Positions 45,051-55,900 of a stretch of 64,000 nucleotides of DNA are shown here, in pieces; position 1 is the stretch's first letter, and every line of letters begins with the position of its first letter. The stretch is from an uncultured Kiritimatiellota bacterium. Its GTDB lineage: Bacteria > Verrucomicrobiota > Kiritimatiellia > RFP12 > DVOR01. The notes beneath the pieces are model-generated. The model saw only the letters and a program-made list of their open reading frames with translations. It was not told where the DNA came from and searched no databases. Both the position numbers and the translations under genes were made by a program. Location of the stretch: contig CALXOF010000005.1 in NCBI GenBank assembly GCA_944389945.1, positions 29,215-93,214 of the forward strand, in the 5' to 3' direction.

Positions 45051-46271
45051 ATGAGAAAGATTCTTGGGATTGTCGTTGCGTTGGCCACCGGGCTTTGCCT
45101 GGGGGCGGGGCCGGTCATTGACGTGCGCGTGGAAGGCACGGCGCGGCAGTCGCTCTCGATGGCGGGGGCGCAGGGCGTGGGAAGCGCGGGGGCGACCTTC
45201 GTCTCGACGCTCCGGAATGATTTGTTGCGCTGCGGCTGGTATCGCCTGACGGAAGGGAACGCGCAGGTGAAGGTGACGGGAAGCGCCGCGGGTGAGGGCG
45301 GCATCTCGGAAAATCTGACGGTGGCGTGGCCGGGCAAGCGTTTCGCCTGGGTGCGTTCGGCGGATTCCGCCACGCAGGGCCGGCGCCACGCCCATGAGCT
45401 GGCGGATGCCATCGTGGGCGCGACCACGGGCGAAAAGGGCATCGCGCAGAGCCGTTTTGTGATGGTGGCGAAGACCGGGACGCGCCGCGACGGCCAGGCG
45501 ATGGAGGATCTCTACATCTGCGATTATGACGGCCACAACCTGACCCGCCTGACGAACGACGGCGCGCCCATCGTGGGGCCGCGCTGGGCGCCCGATGGCC
45601 GGACGGTCTATTTCACGAGCTACCGCAAGGGTTATCCCGCGGTCTACACGGTGGACATCGCGACGCGCCAGGTGCGGCCGTTGGCCTCCTTCCGCGGGCT
45701 GAGCACGGGCGCGGCGGCCTCGCCGGCGGACCCGGCCCAGATGGCGCTCATCCTCTCGCACCAGGGCAACCCGGAACTCTATATCATGGATACGCGGACG
45801 CGCCGCCTGACGCGCCTGACCGAGACGAAGCTCGCGGCGGAGGCCAGCCCCTGCTGGTCGCCCGACGGCCGCCAAATCTGCTACGTCTCCGACAAGTCGG
45901 GCTCGCCCCAGCTCTACGTGGTGGACGTGGCGACGAAGCGGTCGCGCCAGCTGACTCTGCGCGGCGGCGAGAATGTCCAGCCCGACTGGGGCAAGAACGG
46001 CATCGTCTTCGCCACGAAGCGCGGGTGCCCCTACCGCATCGCCGTGATCGACCCGGCGCGCGGGGAGGAATCGACCCGTTTCTTGACGCCGGTCAACGAG
46101 CAATACGAATCCCCTTCTTGGGCGCCGGACGGCCGCCATGTGGTGACGTCGCGGACGCAAGGCCGCCAGGCCTCCATCTGGGTGCTTGACGCAGCCGAAG
46201 GCGGCGCTGAACCCTACAAACCCTTCTCCGGGGGCGGGGCCCAATGGCTAAATCCCGCTTGGAGCAAGTAA
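45051..46271 (+). CDS. tolB: Tol-Pal system beta-propeller protein TolB
   Basis: Signal peptide. N-terminal TolB domain and WD40-like repeats (YxxSxxDG, LYxxD). Confidence 0.85.
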   Translation: MRKILGIVVALATGLCLGAGPVIDVRVEGTARQSLSMAGAQGVGSAGATFVSTLRNDLLRCGWYRLTEGNAQVKVTGSAAGEGGISENLTVAWPGKRFAWVRSADSATQGRRHAHELADAIVGATTGEKGIAQSRFVMVAKTGTRRDGQAMEDLYICDYDGHNLTRLTNDGAPIVGPRWAPDGRTVYFTSYRKGYPAVYTVDIATRQVRPLASFRGLSTGAAASPADPAQMALILSHQGNPELYIMDTRTRRLTRLTETKLAAEASPCWSPDGRQICYVSDKSGSPQLYVVDVATKRSRQLTLRGGENVQPDWGKNGIVFATKRGCPYRIAVIDPARGEESTRFLTPVNEQYESPSWAPDGRHVVTSRTQGRQASIWVLDAAEGGAEPYKPFSGGGAQWLNPAWSK

Positions 46272-46290
46272 ACAAACAAAGGAGCAAACG

Positions 46291-46866
46291 ATGCGTACTT
46301 CCTTTTTCCTGAGCGCGTTGGCCGCCGGCCTGGTCCTGGGCGGTTGCGCCACCAAGTCCGCCGGCGCCGGCGCGGGCGATGAGGCCCTGGGCGACGGTTA
46401 CTACGGCGACGACGGCCTCTCCGTGGACCCCAACGCCGCGGCCTATGACCCCAACGACCCCAACGTGGGCGCCTTTGCCGACCCCGCCGCCGGCACAGGG
46501 AACTTCGAGGACCGCTACAGCCGCGTCACCGACGCCGGCCTGGAGCCCCTCTACTTCACCTTTGACAGCTACACCCTGCCGCCGGACGAGCTGGCCAAGG
46601 CCGACGCCGCCGCGCAGTATCTGCTGAACAACCCCCAGTGCGTGCTGGTCATCGAGGGCCACTGCGACGAGCGCGGCTCCAATGAGTACAACCTCTCCCT
46701 CTCCGAGCAGCGCGCCGGCGGCGTCCGCGAGTACGTCACCGCCTATGGCATCGACCCGGCCCGCATCCAGACCCGCGCCTTCGGCGAAGAGAAGCCCGCC
46801 GACCCCGGCCATTCGGAAGAGGCCTACCGCCTGAACCGTCGCGCCGAGTTCGTCCCCTATAAATAA
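46291..46866 (+). CDS. pal: peptidoglycan-associated lipoprotein (OmpA-family)
   Basis: Lipobox LGGCAT. OmpA_C motif (YFTFDSYTL...CVLVIEGHCDERGSNEYNLSLSEQRA..V). RBS aaggag. Confidence 0.88.
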   Translation: MRTSFFLSALAAGLVLGGCATKSAGAGAGDEALGDGYYGDDGLSVDPNAAAYDPNDPNVGAFADPAAGTGNFEDRYSRVTDAGLEPLYFTFDSYTLPPDELAKADAAAQYLLNNPQCVLVIEGHCDERGSNEYNLSLSEQRAGGVREYVTAYGIDPARIQTRAFGEEKPADPGHSEEAYRLNRRAEFVPYK

Positions 46867-46932
46867 GGGAGTCGCACGCGGCCCTGCGCGTGGGTCACCC
46901 ATGCGCGGGGCGTGGTGTACACAGGACGTGCC

Positions 46933-47466
46933 ATGTCCTTCTCAGAAACCCTTATTATCCTCTTGGTGGCGATGCTTGTCCTGGGGCCCCGGCGTCTGCC
47001 GGAGGCCGCCCGGAAGATTGGTCACTGGATGGGCGTGGTGCGCCGCGCGGGCGATGAATTCAAGCGCCAGCTGATGACGATGGATCAGGGTGTGGAGAGC
47101 CGCCTCAACGCCGCCACCGGCGACCTTGAAAACTTGGTCCCCACCGACGAAGAGCTGGGCGCGGAGATTGACCGCGCTGTGACCGAGGCCGAGCAGACCT
47201 ACGACAGCCAGAACCTGCCCCCGCCGGCCGCCTCGCCAGACGATGCCTGGGGCGCCGCCCCCATCCCCGGCGGCCTGCCCCACGAAGCACCCCCCACCCC
47301 GCCGCCGGTGACCGAGACCAAGCCCACTCCGCCGCCCGAACCCAAGCCCGCCGCCAAGCAACAGGCCCCCGCCGCCCCCAAACGCCGTGCGGACCAGCCT
47401 CCCGCGCCGCGCTCGCTCGGCCTCTCGCCGACCCCGCCGGAGCCAAAGGAGACCCGCCGTGGCTAA
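46933..47466 (+). CDS. tatA: Sec-independent translocase TatA/TatB-family protein with Pro-rich tail
   Basis: MSFSETLIILLVAMLVLGPRRLPEAARKIG is the conserved Tat TM plus amphipathic-helix motif. Confidence 0.75.
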   Translation: MSFSETLIILLVAMLVLGPRRLPEAARKIGHWMGVVRRAGDEFKRQLMTMDQGVESRLNAATGDLENLVPTDEELGAEIDRAVTEAEQTYDSQNLPPPAASPDDAWGAAPIPGGLPHEAPPTPPPVTETKPTPPPEPKPAAKQQAPAAPKRRADQPPAPRSLGLSPTPPEPKETRRG

Positions 47467-48301
47467 GTCGAAGCCCGATAACAAGGCCAAGAACGGTCTG
47501 GCCGCGCGCCTCTTCCGCCGCTTCTTCACCGAGACCGAGGCCGACCGCGCCCACGCCGAGGAGCAAGACCCGCCGCGCCCCTTCATCGAGCACTTCATCG
47601 ACCTGCGCAACTGCATCGTGCGCAGTGTCGTAGCGTGGGGTGCGGGAATGCTCATTGTGGCGCCCTTCGCGCCGTGGGTGATGCGCGCGTTGCAACGCCC
47701 CTTGGCGCAGGCTGGCCTGGAAGGGCAGGTCTTGGTGCAGGGCCTGGACGTGACGGCGGGCTTCAACATCTTCATGTCCACCATGCTGTGGGGCGGCACC
47801 ATTCTGGCCCTCCCGGCCATCTTCTTCTTCCTGGCGCAGTTCATCTTCCCCGGCCTCAAGCGCCATGAGCGCAACCTGATTCTCTTCGTCCTAAGCATCG
47901 GCCTCTTCCTCTTCGTGGGCGGCGTGTGGCTCTGCTACGGCTTCACCCTGCGTCTGGCGCTCCAGATGCTCATCGCCTTCAACGCCTGGATGAACGTCCC
48001 CACCACCATCCTCGAGGCCAACGCCTACGTCTCCATCATCCTCAAGATTCTCCTCGCCTTCGGCCTGGCTTTCCAGTTCCCCCTCATCCTGTTGGCGCTC
48101 GGTTGGTTGGGCATCATCCGCGCCGAGACCCTCCGGCGCCATCGCGGCGCTGCCATCATCCTCATCTTCACCGTTGCCATGTTCCTCACACCGCCGGACA
48201 TCCTCTCGCAGATTATCATGGCGGTGCCAATGTGCATCCTCTACGAAATCACCATCTGGCTGGTGCGCCTCCGTGAGCGCCTGGCCGACGACACGGAGTG
48301 A
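47459..48301 (+). CDS. tatC: Sec-independent translocase TatC
   Basis: Six TM helices and TatC motifs (HFIDLRNCIVRS, FLTPPD); GTG start overlapping the tatA stop. Confidence 0.8.
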   Translation: MAKSKPDNKAKNGLAARLFRRFFTETEADRAHAEEQDPPRPFIEHFIDLRNCIVRSVVAWGAGMLIVAPFAPWVMRALQRPLAQAGLEGQVLVQGLDVTAGFNIFMSTMLWGGTILALPAIFFFLAQFIFPGLKRHERNLILFVLSIGLFLFVGGVWLCYGFTLRLALQMLIAFNAWMNVPTTILEANAYVSIILKILLAFGLAFQFPLILLALGWLGIIRAETLRRHRGAAIILIFTVAMFLTPPDILSQIIMAVPMCILYEITIWLVRLRERLADDTE

Positions 48302-48305
48302 CCCC

Positions 48306-49511
48306 ATGGGCTTCGAATCCGGTTCCCTGTCCTTCCACGCCTTCTACCTCTCCAAAGGCTTCGAGCCCGGCGACATTGAGCGCTTCGCCGCCCGTCCCCT
48401 CCCGCCCATCAAGACCCTCGTGGGCGACCAGCCCCTCCACGGCTGGGCCGGCCCCCTCCACGCCCTCGATGGCGACCTCACCGAGGCCCACTGCTGGCGC
48501 GGCGATTGGCTCTGGCTCGCCCACGTCACCGCCCGCAAGGCCGTCCCCCCTAGCTACCTCCGCGCCACCCTCCTCGCCGAGCTCGAGGTCGAGCGCCGCG
48601 CCCGCGACGTGGAGATCCTCCCCCGCGCCGCCAAGACCGAAGTCCGCGAACGCGTCACCGAGGCCCTCCTCCGCGACGCCCAGCCCGCCTTCGCCTCCAT
48701 GGAGTGCGCCATCGACCTGCGCAACCAGCGCCTCCTCGCCTCCGCCCTCAACGACGCCTCCATCCAGCTCCTCTGCCCCTTCTTCCGCGAGACCACCGGC
48801 GTCATGCCCGTCCTCTGCTGCCCCGAAAGCGCCGCCTACCGCATCCGCGGCGTCGACGCCAACGCCCTGGAGCAGATCCCCCTCACCCCGAACCCCGACG
48901 TCCAGCCCTCCCCCAACAGCGACCTCGGCGCCGAGTTCCTCACCTGGCTCTTCCACCGCTGGGAACGCGAAAGCGCCGTCTTCGAGTTCGATGGTCAACG
49001 CTGCGGCCTGATGTTCGAAGGCCCCCTCACCGTCTCCTCCGACGACGCCCCCGGCTGCCACGAGACCCTCCTCCGCAACGGCACCCCCCTCGATTCCCCC
49101 GAGTTCGGCATCGCCCTCTGGAACGGCAAGCGCCTCCGCCGCGCCAAACTCACCCTCACCAAGGGCGACTGGATTGTCACCGCCACCGTCGACGCGCAAG
49201 ACTTCGCCTTCCGCTCCCTCAAGATTGTCACCCCCAAGGGCGAATCCGCCCCCGCCCCCGGCGCCGAGCCCGACGCCCTCCAGGGCATGCCCTCCCTCAA
49301 CCGCCCCGGTGCCAAGCCCCCTGCCGACCCCGCCGACCCCAAGCGCAAGCTCGAAGTCGACGAGCGCCTCGACCGCGCCGCCTTCTACGTCGACGCCTTC
49401 CTCCATCTCTATGGCGAATTCCTCACCATCCGCGAAGACCCCGCCGCCTGGCGTGCCGCCCTCTCCCCCATCCGCGACTGGATCGCCCAGCGCGCCCAGC
49501 AGGGCGACTGA
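48306..49511 (+). CDS. RdgC-like recombination-associated protein
   Basis: N-terminal M-x-F-x6-Y-LSK and ..HGWAGP..ARK..PPSYLRATLLAELE.. follow the RdgC pattern. ~400 aa. Confidence 0.5.
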   Translation: MGFESGSLSFHAFYLSKGFEPGDIERFAARPLPPIKTLVGDQPLHGWAGPLHALDGDLTEAHCWRGDWLWLAHVTARKAVPPSYLRATLLAELEVERRARDVEILPRAAKTEVRERVTEALLRDAQPAFASMECAIDLRNQRLLASALNDASIQLLCPFFRETTGVMPVLCCPESAAYRIRGVDANALEQIPLTPNPDVQPSPNSDLGAEFLTWLFHRWERESAVFEFDGQRCGLMFEGPLTVSSDDAPGCHETLLRNGTPLDSPEFGIALWNGKRLRRAKLTLTKGDWIVTATVDAQDFAFRSLKIVTPKGESAPAPGAEPDALQGMPSLNRPGAKPPADPADPKRKLEVDERLDRAAFYVDAFLHLYGEFLTIREDPAAWRAALSPIRDWIAQRAQQGD

Positions 49512-49542
49512 GGGGCGCGTCTGCGCCCCTTTTGCTATACTG
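49512..49542 (+). terminator. terminator hairpin GGGGCGCGTCTGCGCCCC plus TTTT fused to extended -10 TGCTATACTG (promoter of paralog P2)
   Basis: Same cassette as 3147..3179. Confidence 0.65.
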
Positions 49543-49562
49543 TAGCGTGAGGAGAACGCGAG

Positions 49563-51137
49563 ATGGAACCGAGAATCGCACAAGATACCGCTGACTTCCG
49601 AGAATTACGGGAGAAGCAATGCATTTACGTGGACAAGACCGCGCAATTGCACGCGTTGGCCTGTGACCCCACACGTAAACTTTACTTCATCTCGCGGCCC
49701 CGACGCTTCGGCAAGTCGCTCATGCTCTCTACGCTGGAGTGTCTCTTCCGCGGTAAGCGCGAGCTCTTCAAGGGCCTCGCCATCGACAAGTTGGATTACG
49801 ACTGGGCTGAGTATCCCATCCTGTGTTTCTCCTTTGCCGGCGTCAAGGCCAAAACGTTGGAGGCCTTCGAGGCGGACTTCTGTTTCCGTGTCAAAAAGGT
49901 GTTGACAGAGGCTCGATGCACCTGGAATGATGCGCTCTCTCCCGGAGCGAACTTCAACCAAGCCATCACTGACCTTGCCAAACAGGCAGGCAAACCCGTG
50001 GTCATCCTTATCGATGAGTATGACGCGCCGGTGAGCCACGCACTGGCCGACATCAAGCTTGCCACGGACATCCGCAGCGAGCTCTCGGATTTCTATATTC
50101 AAATCAAAGAGTGCGCCGCGGACATTCGCTTTATGATGATGACGGGTGTGACGAAGTTTACGCAACTCTCCGTCTTCTCGGCGTTGAACAATCTCAACAA
50201 CCTAACGCTGGACGACCGCTACGCCACCTTGTTGGGCTATACCGATGACGAGATGACCACCTACTTCGAGCCGACGATGCGCCGCCATGCCGAGATCATG
50301 GGCCTCTCCTACGAAGATTACCGCGAGAAACTTCGCTGGTGGTACAACGGTTATCGTTTCGCCCGCTGGAACACGACCAAGGTCTACAACCCCTGCGCCA
50401 TCGGCAAGACGCTCGGTGCGTGCACCCCCGAGTTCATCGGCACGTGGACTTCCACCGGGTTGACTTCTGCGGTCTTCCATTACTTTGCGAACAACCAACT
50501 CGCCGATCAAGATTACGAGAACATCGAAGGCGTCTTTGAGGAAGATTTGGACGTCTGTGAGTTGGAGAATATCCTGCCCACTGCTATGCTTTATCAGGGC
50601 GGGTATCTTACCATCAAAGACTACCGAAATGGCACCTTCACGCTTGGTATCCCCGACGAAGAGGTCCGCCGTGCCTTCAATGCACAGCTCGTCCAGAAGT
50701 TTACCGGGCAGAGCGACAACCGTTATCTCAGCATTGTCAGTCGGGCCCTGATGGGAGCCGACTTCGCCACCTTCTTCGGCAAACTCTCCGACCTCTACGC
50801 CCACCTCGCCTACGGTCCCAAAGAAGACAACGTCCAGGAATTCTCCTTCCAGCGTATCCTCTATGTCCTGCTGACCTCTAGCGGCTTCTTCCGCGTCACC
50901 GCCGAAGACCGGCAGTCCCATGGCCGCGCCGATTTGGTCGCCGAGACCCCCGAACGTGTCTTTATCTTTGAGTTGAAAGTCGACGGCACGCCCCAAGAGG
51001 CCCTCGCCCAAATCAAGGAAAAGGGTTACGCCGAGCCCTACCGACACAGCGGCAAGGAAGTCCACCTTATCGGACTCTCCTTCGATGGCAAGACCCGCCG
51101 CCTCACCGGCACTGTCGCAGATCGGCTGATTAGCTGA
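49563..51137 (+). CDS. AAA-ATPase-like plus PD-(D/E)XK protein, paralog P2
   Basis: 524 aa with the same architecture as P1. RBS gaggag. Confidence 0.8.
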   Translation: MEPRIAQDTADFRELREKQCIYVDKTAQLHALACDPTRKLYFISRPRRFGKSLMLSTLECLFRGKRELFKGLAIDKLDYDWAEYPILCFSFAGVKAKTLEAFEADFCFRVKKVLTEARCTWNDALSPGANFNQAITDLAKQAGKPVVILIDEYDAPVSHALADIKLATDIRSELSDFYIQIKECAADIRFMMMTGVTKFTQLSVFSALNNLNNLTLDDRYATLLGYTDDEMTTYFEPTMRRHAEIMGLSYEDYREKLRWWYNGYRFARWNTTKVYNPCAIGKTLGACTPEFIGTWTSTGLTSAVFHYFANNQLADQDYENIEGVFEEDLDVCELENILPTAMLYQGGYLTIKDYRNGTFTLGIPDEEVRRAFNAQLVQKFTGQSDNRYLSIVSRALMGADFATFFGKLSDLYAHLAYGPKEDNVQEFSFQRILYVLLTSSGFFRVTAEDRQSHGRADLVAETPERVFIFELKVDGTPQEALAQIKEKGYAEPYRHSGKEVHLIGLSFDGKTRRLTGTVADRLIS

Positions 51138-51139
51138 TT

Positions 51140-51600
51140 GGAGGGGCGCTAATGCGCCCCAGAGAACGGACGTGCAGGCACAAAGCGCCAAGCCTTCCAC
51201 GGCCACGGAACGCGCGACAAGCGCGCGACAAATAGGTCGCCGTTCTCCGGCGGCGAAGCCGCCCATCCTAGTCGTCCTATAGGTCCTATACGTCCTACCG
51301 CAACGTCCTGCCGGCGGTAGGCGGCCCCTAATCGGCTCCAATCGGCGAAATACCGCAAGGTCTTCCTAGCGAAGCGACGGAACATCGGCGGTTCCCAACA
51401 CGTGCGATTCTTCGAGGGAACGATGGAAACGCAAGGGATGGGCACGGTAGTGAGCCCCGAAGGGGCGAACGGTGAAGTGCCCAGGCCCTTGCGTTCCTTC
51501 GTGTCTTCGTGGAAATCCACACTAGCCGTCCTGCCGGCGGTAGCCGGCCCCTAATCGGCTCCAATCGGCGTAATCGGCGGTTCCCCTCTGACAGTCAAAC
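51140..51600. repeat. intergenic mosaic (GCTGATTGG heptamers, Family-A, GTGCAGGC..CTTCCACGG module, CCTATAGGTCCTATACGTCCTACC module, CCGGCGGTAGGCGGCCCCTAATCGG x2, GAAACGCAAGGGATGGGCACGGTAGTGAGC module, CTTCGTG array)
   Basis: Recurring modules. Confidence 0.85.
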
Positions 51601-51620
51601 CAGTGACAGCAGCACAAAAC

Positions 51621-51697
51621 TGGTGGGCGGTGACGGACTCGAACCGCCGACAGCTTGAGTGTAAATCAAGAACTCTAACCAACTGAGTTAACCGCCC
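51621..51697 (-). tRNA. tRNA-Val (anticodon TAC)
   Basis: The reverse complement gggcggttaactcagttggttagagttcttgatttacactcaagctgtcggcggttcgagtccgtcaccgcccacca folds as a cloverleaf: 7-bp acceptor, GTTCGAGTC T-loop, anticodon loop tTTACAc, encoded CCA. Confidence 0.9.
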
Positions 51698-51765
51698 GGA
51701 AGCCATCATTTGGCCATAAAAGCGAAGCGGAGACCACACAACTGCCTTACAATCAAGGCTTAAAT

Positions 51766-51849
51766 GGTGCCGGGGGAGGGACTCGAACCCTCACGCTTTA
51801 GGGGCGGCAGATTTTGAGTCTGCTGTGTCTGCCATTTCACCACCCCGGC
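51766..51849 (-). tRNA. tRNA-Leu (anticodon CAA), long variable arm
   Basis: The reverse complement gccggggtggtgaaatggcagacacagcagactcaaaatctgccgcccctaaagcgtgagggttcgagtccctcccccggcacca has anticodon loop cTCAAaa. Confidence 0.88.
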
Positions 51850-51850
51850 T

Positions 51851-51924
51851 TGGAGCGGGTGAAGGGAATCGAACCCTCGTGACCAGCTTGGAAGGCTGGG
51901 GCTCTGCCATTGAGCTACACCCGC
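51851..51924 (-). tRNA. tRNA-Gly (anticodon TCC)
   Basis: The reverse complement gcgggtgtagctcaatggcagagccccagccttccaagctggtcacgagggttcgattcccttcacccgctcca has anticodon loop cTTCCaa. Confidence 0.88.
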
Positions 51925-52890
51925 GGGTGGGTCGAAACCGCCTCACTGAAAGCCCATACGATACCATATCCCTCTCCCATAGTCAAGTGGGGGAATTTGG
52001 CACTTTGGCGTTTGAAGGCTTGGAGGCTTAGAAACGTGGTCCCACATCGCAAAGAAAACCGCCGATTTCGCCGATTGGAGCCGATTAGGGGCCGGCTACC
52101 GCCGGCTGACTGCCAGTGTGGGAAACGCAGATCCCGCAGATTGTGCAGATTTTGGGCGTGCTCGCGTACGCAAAATTGATTGTTGGGTCGCGGCTTGCGC
52201 ATTCCTGCACCTCCTGTTAGGAGGCCTCTCCTGCGGGGTCCTTTAAGGGGCCTTTCTGAGACCCTATAGTGGTCCGAGGTCAACCACTATAGTGGTCGGG
52301 GTCGAGACCCTATAGTGGTCCGACCCGAAACCCTTAAGGGTCCAGAGAGGGCCCTTTTAGGGGGCCCACACAAGCGCAGGATGAAACCGCCGATTTCGCC
52401 GATTGGAGCCGATTAGGGGCGTGCTACCGCACGCGGGACGCACAATGGAAGTTTAGAAGTTTGGAGGCTTGGAAGTTTGGAAACGGCCACGTTCGTCGTG
52501 CGCTTGCCGCGCGTTCCGTTCTCCGTGGCCGTGGAAGGTTTGTCCCTTCGGGCCTGCACGCTCCGTTTTCCGTTCTCCGGGGGCGGCGCAAGCCGCTCCT
52601 TGTCCTATATGTCCTACCGCGTCATCTAAAATGACGGAAACGCAAGGGATGGGGATAGGGAGAGAGGCCCGAAGGGCCGAACGGTGAAGTGCCAAGTGGA
52701 AGTTTAGAAGCTTGGAGGCTTGGAAGTTTGGTGACACTGTATCCATCATCCCGCAGAGGCGCGCGAAAACGCGCGATGGCGACGCTTTGCCCAATCCTTT
52801 TTCCAATCTCATCGCCGCCAAGGGCGGCGGCTCGGGCTCCAACCTCCGGTGCTCCTCCAAGCATCCAAGCCTCCAAACCTCTAAACCTCT
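51925..52890. repeat. ~1-kb intergenic mosaic (Family-B x5, CCGATTTCGCCGATTGGAGCCGATTAGGGGC x2, GCAGAT array, CGCGCATTCCTGCACCTCCTGTTAGGAGG, Family-C copy 4 at 52238..52349, GCCGTGGAAGGTTTGTCCCTTCGGGCCTGCACG, Family-A, GTCCTATATGTCCTACC, GAAACGCAAGGGATGGGGATAGGG)
   Basis: No ORF longer than 90 aa with a plausible product. Entirely composed of modules that recur elsewhere. Confidence 0.85.
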
Positions 52891-52892
52891 AA

Positions 52893-52925
52893 ATAAAAAC
52901 CCCGCGGGACAATGTCCTCGCGGGG
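52893..52925 (-). terminator. rho-independent terminator (CCCCGCGAGGACATTGTCCCGCGGGG plus TTTTT on minus strand)
   Basis: ~25 nt after the stop of the 1235-aa protein gene. Confidence 0.75.
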
Positions 52926-52951
52926 CCCATGTGTGGAAGAAAGGAATAAAC

Positions 52952-55900
52952 TTACTCAGCAGGTGTCTCCGCCGCGGGGGCGACGGAGACGGTGAGCGCC
53001 AGGTTGCCAGTGGGGAGATCGGCCTTCGGGACGGTGAGCGCACACGCGCCATCCGTAAAGACCGCGTCCGTTTCGGCCAACACCTTCTTGTCGGAGACAA
53101 CGCGCACCTTGCGGCCCTCCAGCGTACGGGTGACCGCCGTGCCGTCTTCCTCCAGTCGCACCGTCACGCTGATACCACTCTCGGTAACATCCAAGTCGGC
53201 GATGCCCAGTTGATAGGCATAGACAATCTCGCTATCCTGAACCTTGAAGGTTCCGCCCAGCGTCTCAGCCACCTCATAGGCCGTCGCGCCGGTGACCGCA
53301 TGGTTGCCGCCCGTCGCGGTCTTGAGAAGTTCAATCTCTTCGCCGAGATTGTTGGGCTTCACAATCAGCACCTCCGTGCCATTCGTGGTCACCCCTTTGA
53401 CCAACGCCGCGAGCGTGCCATAGCCCTTGTAGGTCCCCGGGGTCTCCGTATTGGCCACCGCCGCAACAGCCGTGCCATCGACAGTGTACTTGCCTTCGGT
53501 CCCAGCCACAGGGATGAAACCCTCGGCGCAGTAGCCCAGCTCTACAGCCTGACTGAACGTGCCACCAGAAACGAAGTTCGTGATGGGCTCAAACCCGGTG
53601 TCGGCCACCGACACGATGCCGCCTTCGAAATGGCCGCCTTGAATAATCGGTTCAACACCGTCCTTACGCTGATTGTTCACGCGCAGAGCCGCAAAGCCAG
53701 ACTCTTCATCTCCGATAAAGGTGCCGCCGGTCACCGTGGCCTTGCAGGTGTATTTCTGCGTGTCCTCATTGTTACCACCGATGACGAAGGCCTCGCGCCC
53801 ATCGGACTGGGCCACGAAGTCCCCGCCAACGGTCACGTCTACGGGACCTTCTGTGGTGCTCAGATAGAGCGCATGCCAAATGTTTCCACCCGTGTCACCA
53901 TGATAGATGCAAGGAACGGTCTCGCAACGGCCACCGGTCAGTTCGCCCTTGCCGGCGATGAACGTCAGCGCACCTTGCGTACCACGGATGGTGCCGCCGA
54001 TCATCTTCAGCGAGGCATTAGCATTACCACCGACAAGGACAGCATAATACCAAGGAGATTTGTGTTTCCCATCTGAAGTCACATTGCACTGGGTGTTCCA
54101 CAACAGACCACCCTCAATCGTCATTGTCCCAACGTTGATAACCGCAGGACGGCTCTGGCCCTGCACCTCGCCACCCTTGACGACCAACGTGGCCTTTACC
54201 TCATTGCGAATAGCGGGCAAGTTGCCAACCAAATCCTCCACAAGCAACTTGCCGCCGGAAACGATGGCGTCACCCTCGTTCCAAAGGGCCGCCCCGCCAT
54301 CAGAGTCAATGGCAACAAGCGTACCGCTCTCAACCGTCAAATTGCCTTGGGCAAAGTTCGACACGCCGCGGGCGCGGATGGTGCCGGTCTGCGCGGCAGA
54401 GGAGTCCTTGATGGTGAGCGTGCCGGAGTTTTCGATGGCGTAATAGTGCTTGGTGGAACTACCCTGTTGGAGCGCGGTCTCCATCGTGTGGCCGTTGAGA
54501 TCGAAGACGATGTTCCGCCCCGCCTTGACAGGAACAACACCGGGGACGGCCAGTTCGCCGGTGAGGTCAGCCAGAAGCGTGACGGTGGTAGGCTTCTCGG
54601 AGCCCTCAATCGCCTTGAAGGCGGCGAAGAAGGAATTGAAGTCGGCATACTTCACATCGCCAATGGAGGCGATATAGGAGCCCTCGATGACACCGAAGGT
54701 ACCATCCTCCTGCGGAACGAAGACAAAGCCCGGAGTAAGGAGAGCATCGTCCGGCATTTTGTTAAACGTACCACCGGAGACGACTTGTTTATCCTTGGCG
54801 GTGGTGATGGCGATGTCAGCGGTGATGGTCTCGTTCGTCTTGCTACCGGTGAAGGTGCCGTTGGTGATAGAGATAACAGCAGTGGAGGCCTCGGCGGCGG
54901 GAGTGCCATCGGCCTTCTTCGCGATACCCTCATAGAGGGCGTAACCGTTCTCGGAGATAAAGGTGCCGCCGGTGATGTTCACCGAGGTCTTCTGTGCATA
55001 GCCGTCGGACGTGGTGATGCTGATGGCCGCACCAGTCGTCTCATTCCCACCGGGATTGGCACTGGGCGGGACCGCATAAACGGCAGAAGACGTGTAGGAA
55101 CCGCCCGCGATGGTGAAGTCGCCGCTCTTGATGGAAAGCACATCGTCCGCGTCGATTGTGGTAGCGAGGTCCCACTTGGCATAGCCGGCGGCATAGATGC
55201 CGACCGCGTTGGGGCCATTGAGCTTGCCCGTCACCTTGATGACCGGGACGTTGCCCTCTGTGGTCGTGATTTGTCCATTGGTGGTGATGGCGTACATCTT
55301 GTTGTTGATGGTGCCGGCCACCTCGACTTCCACGCCATAAGCCGCAGTGGGCGTATCGGCTGTACCAAACACCACAATGCCGCAGGTGCACTCCAGTGTG
55401 ACGTCCGTACCAACCTTCAAAATTGCCTTTGTGCCATTGTCCTCGGACGCGCCACGAACCTCAAAGATGCGGTTGCCTCGCGAATAGTTGACTGTCGTGT
55501 TGCGAAGCGTGCCTTTGCCGACGACATTCAAGGTCGCACCGGAGGGAATGGTGAACTGCGCGGTATCCATCGTGAGGTCGATGTCCTGCCCATTCAAATC
55601 CAAGGTGATTGCCTTGCCGGACGCAACTGTGCACGCCTCGCTCAACGTACCCTTATCAATCAAGGTGACGGTGGCGCCATTCTCGGCTGCGGCAATGGCC
55701 GCAGCAACGTTCGGATAGCCCACGTAAGAGTCATCGCTCTGTTGAATGGCCGCGACATTGCCGGTGGAGACGGTGTAGTTACCGTTCTCATCGCGGGCGG
55801 GGAGACATCCAACGCCGCAGTCGGCAAAGGGAATGGGGTCTTTGAAGATGCCGCCGGTAACGGCAAGCTTGGGACCTTCGCCGTCCGGGGTGATGGAAAG

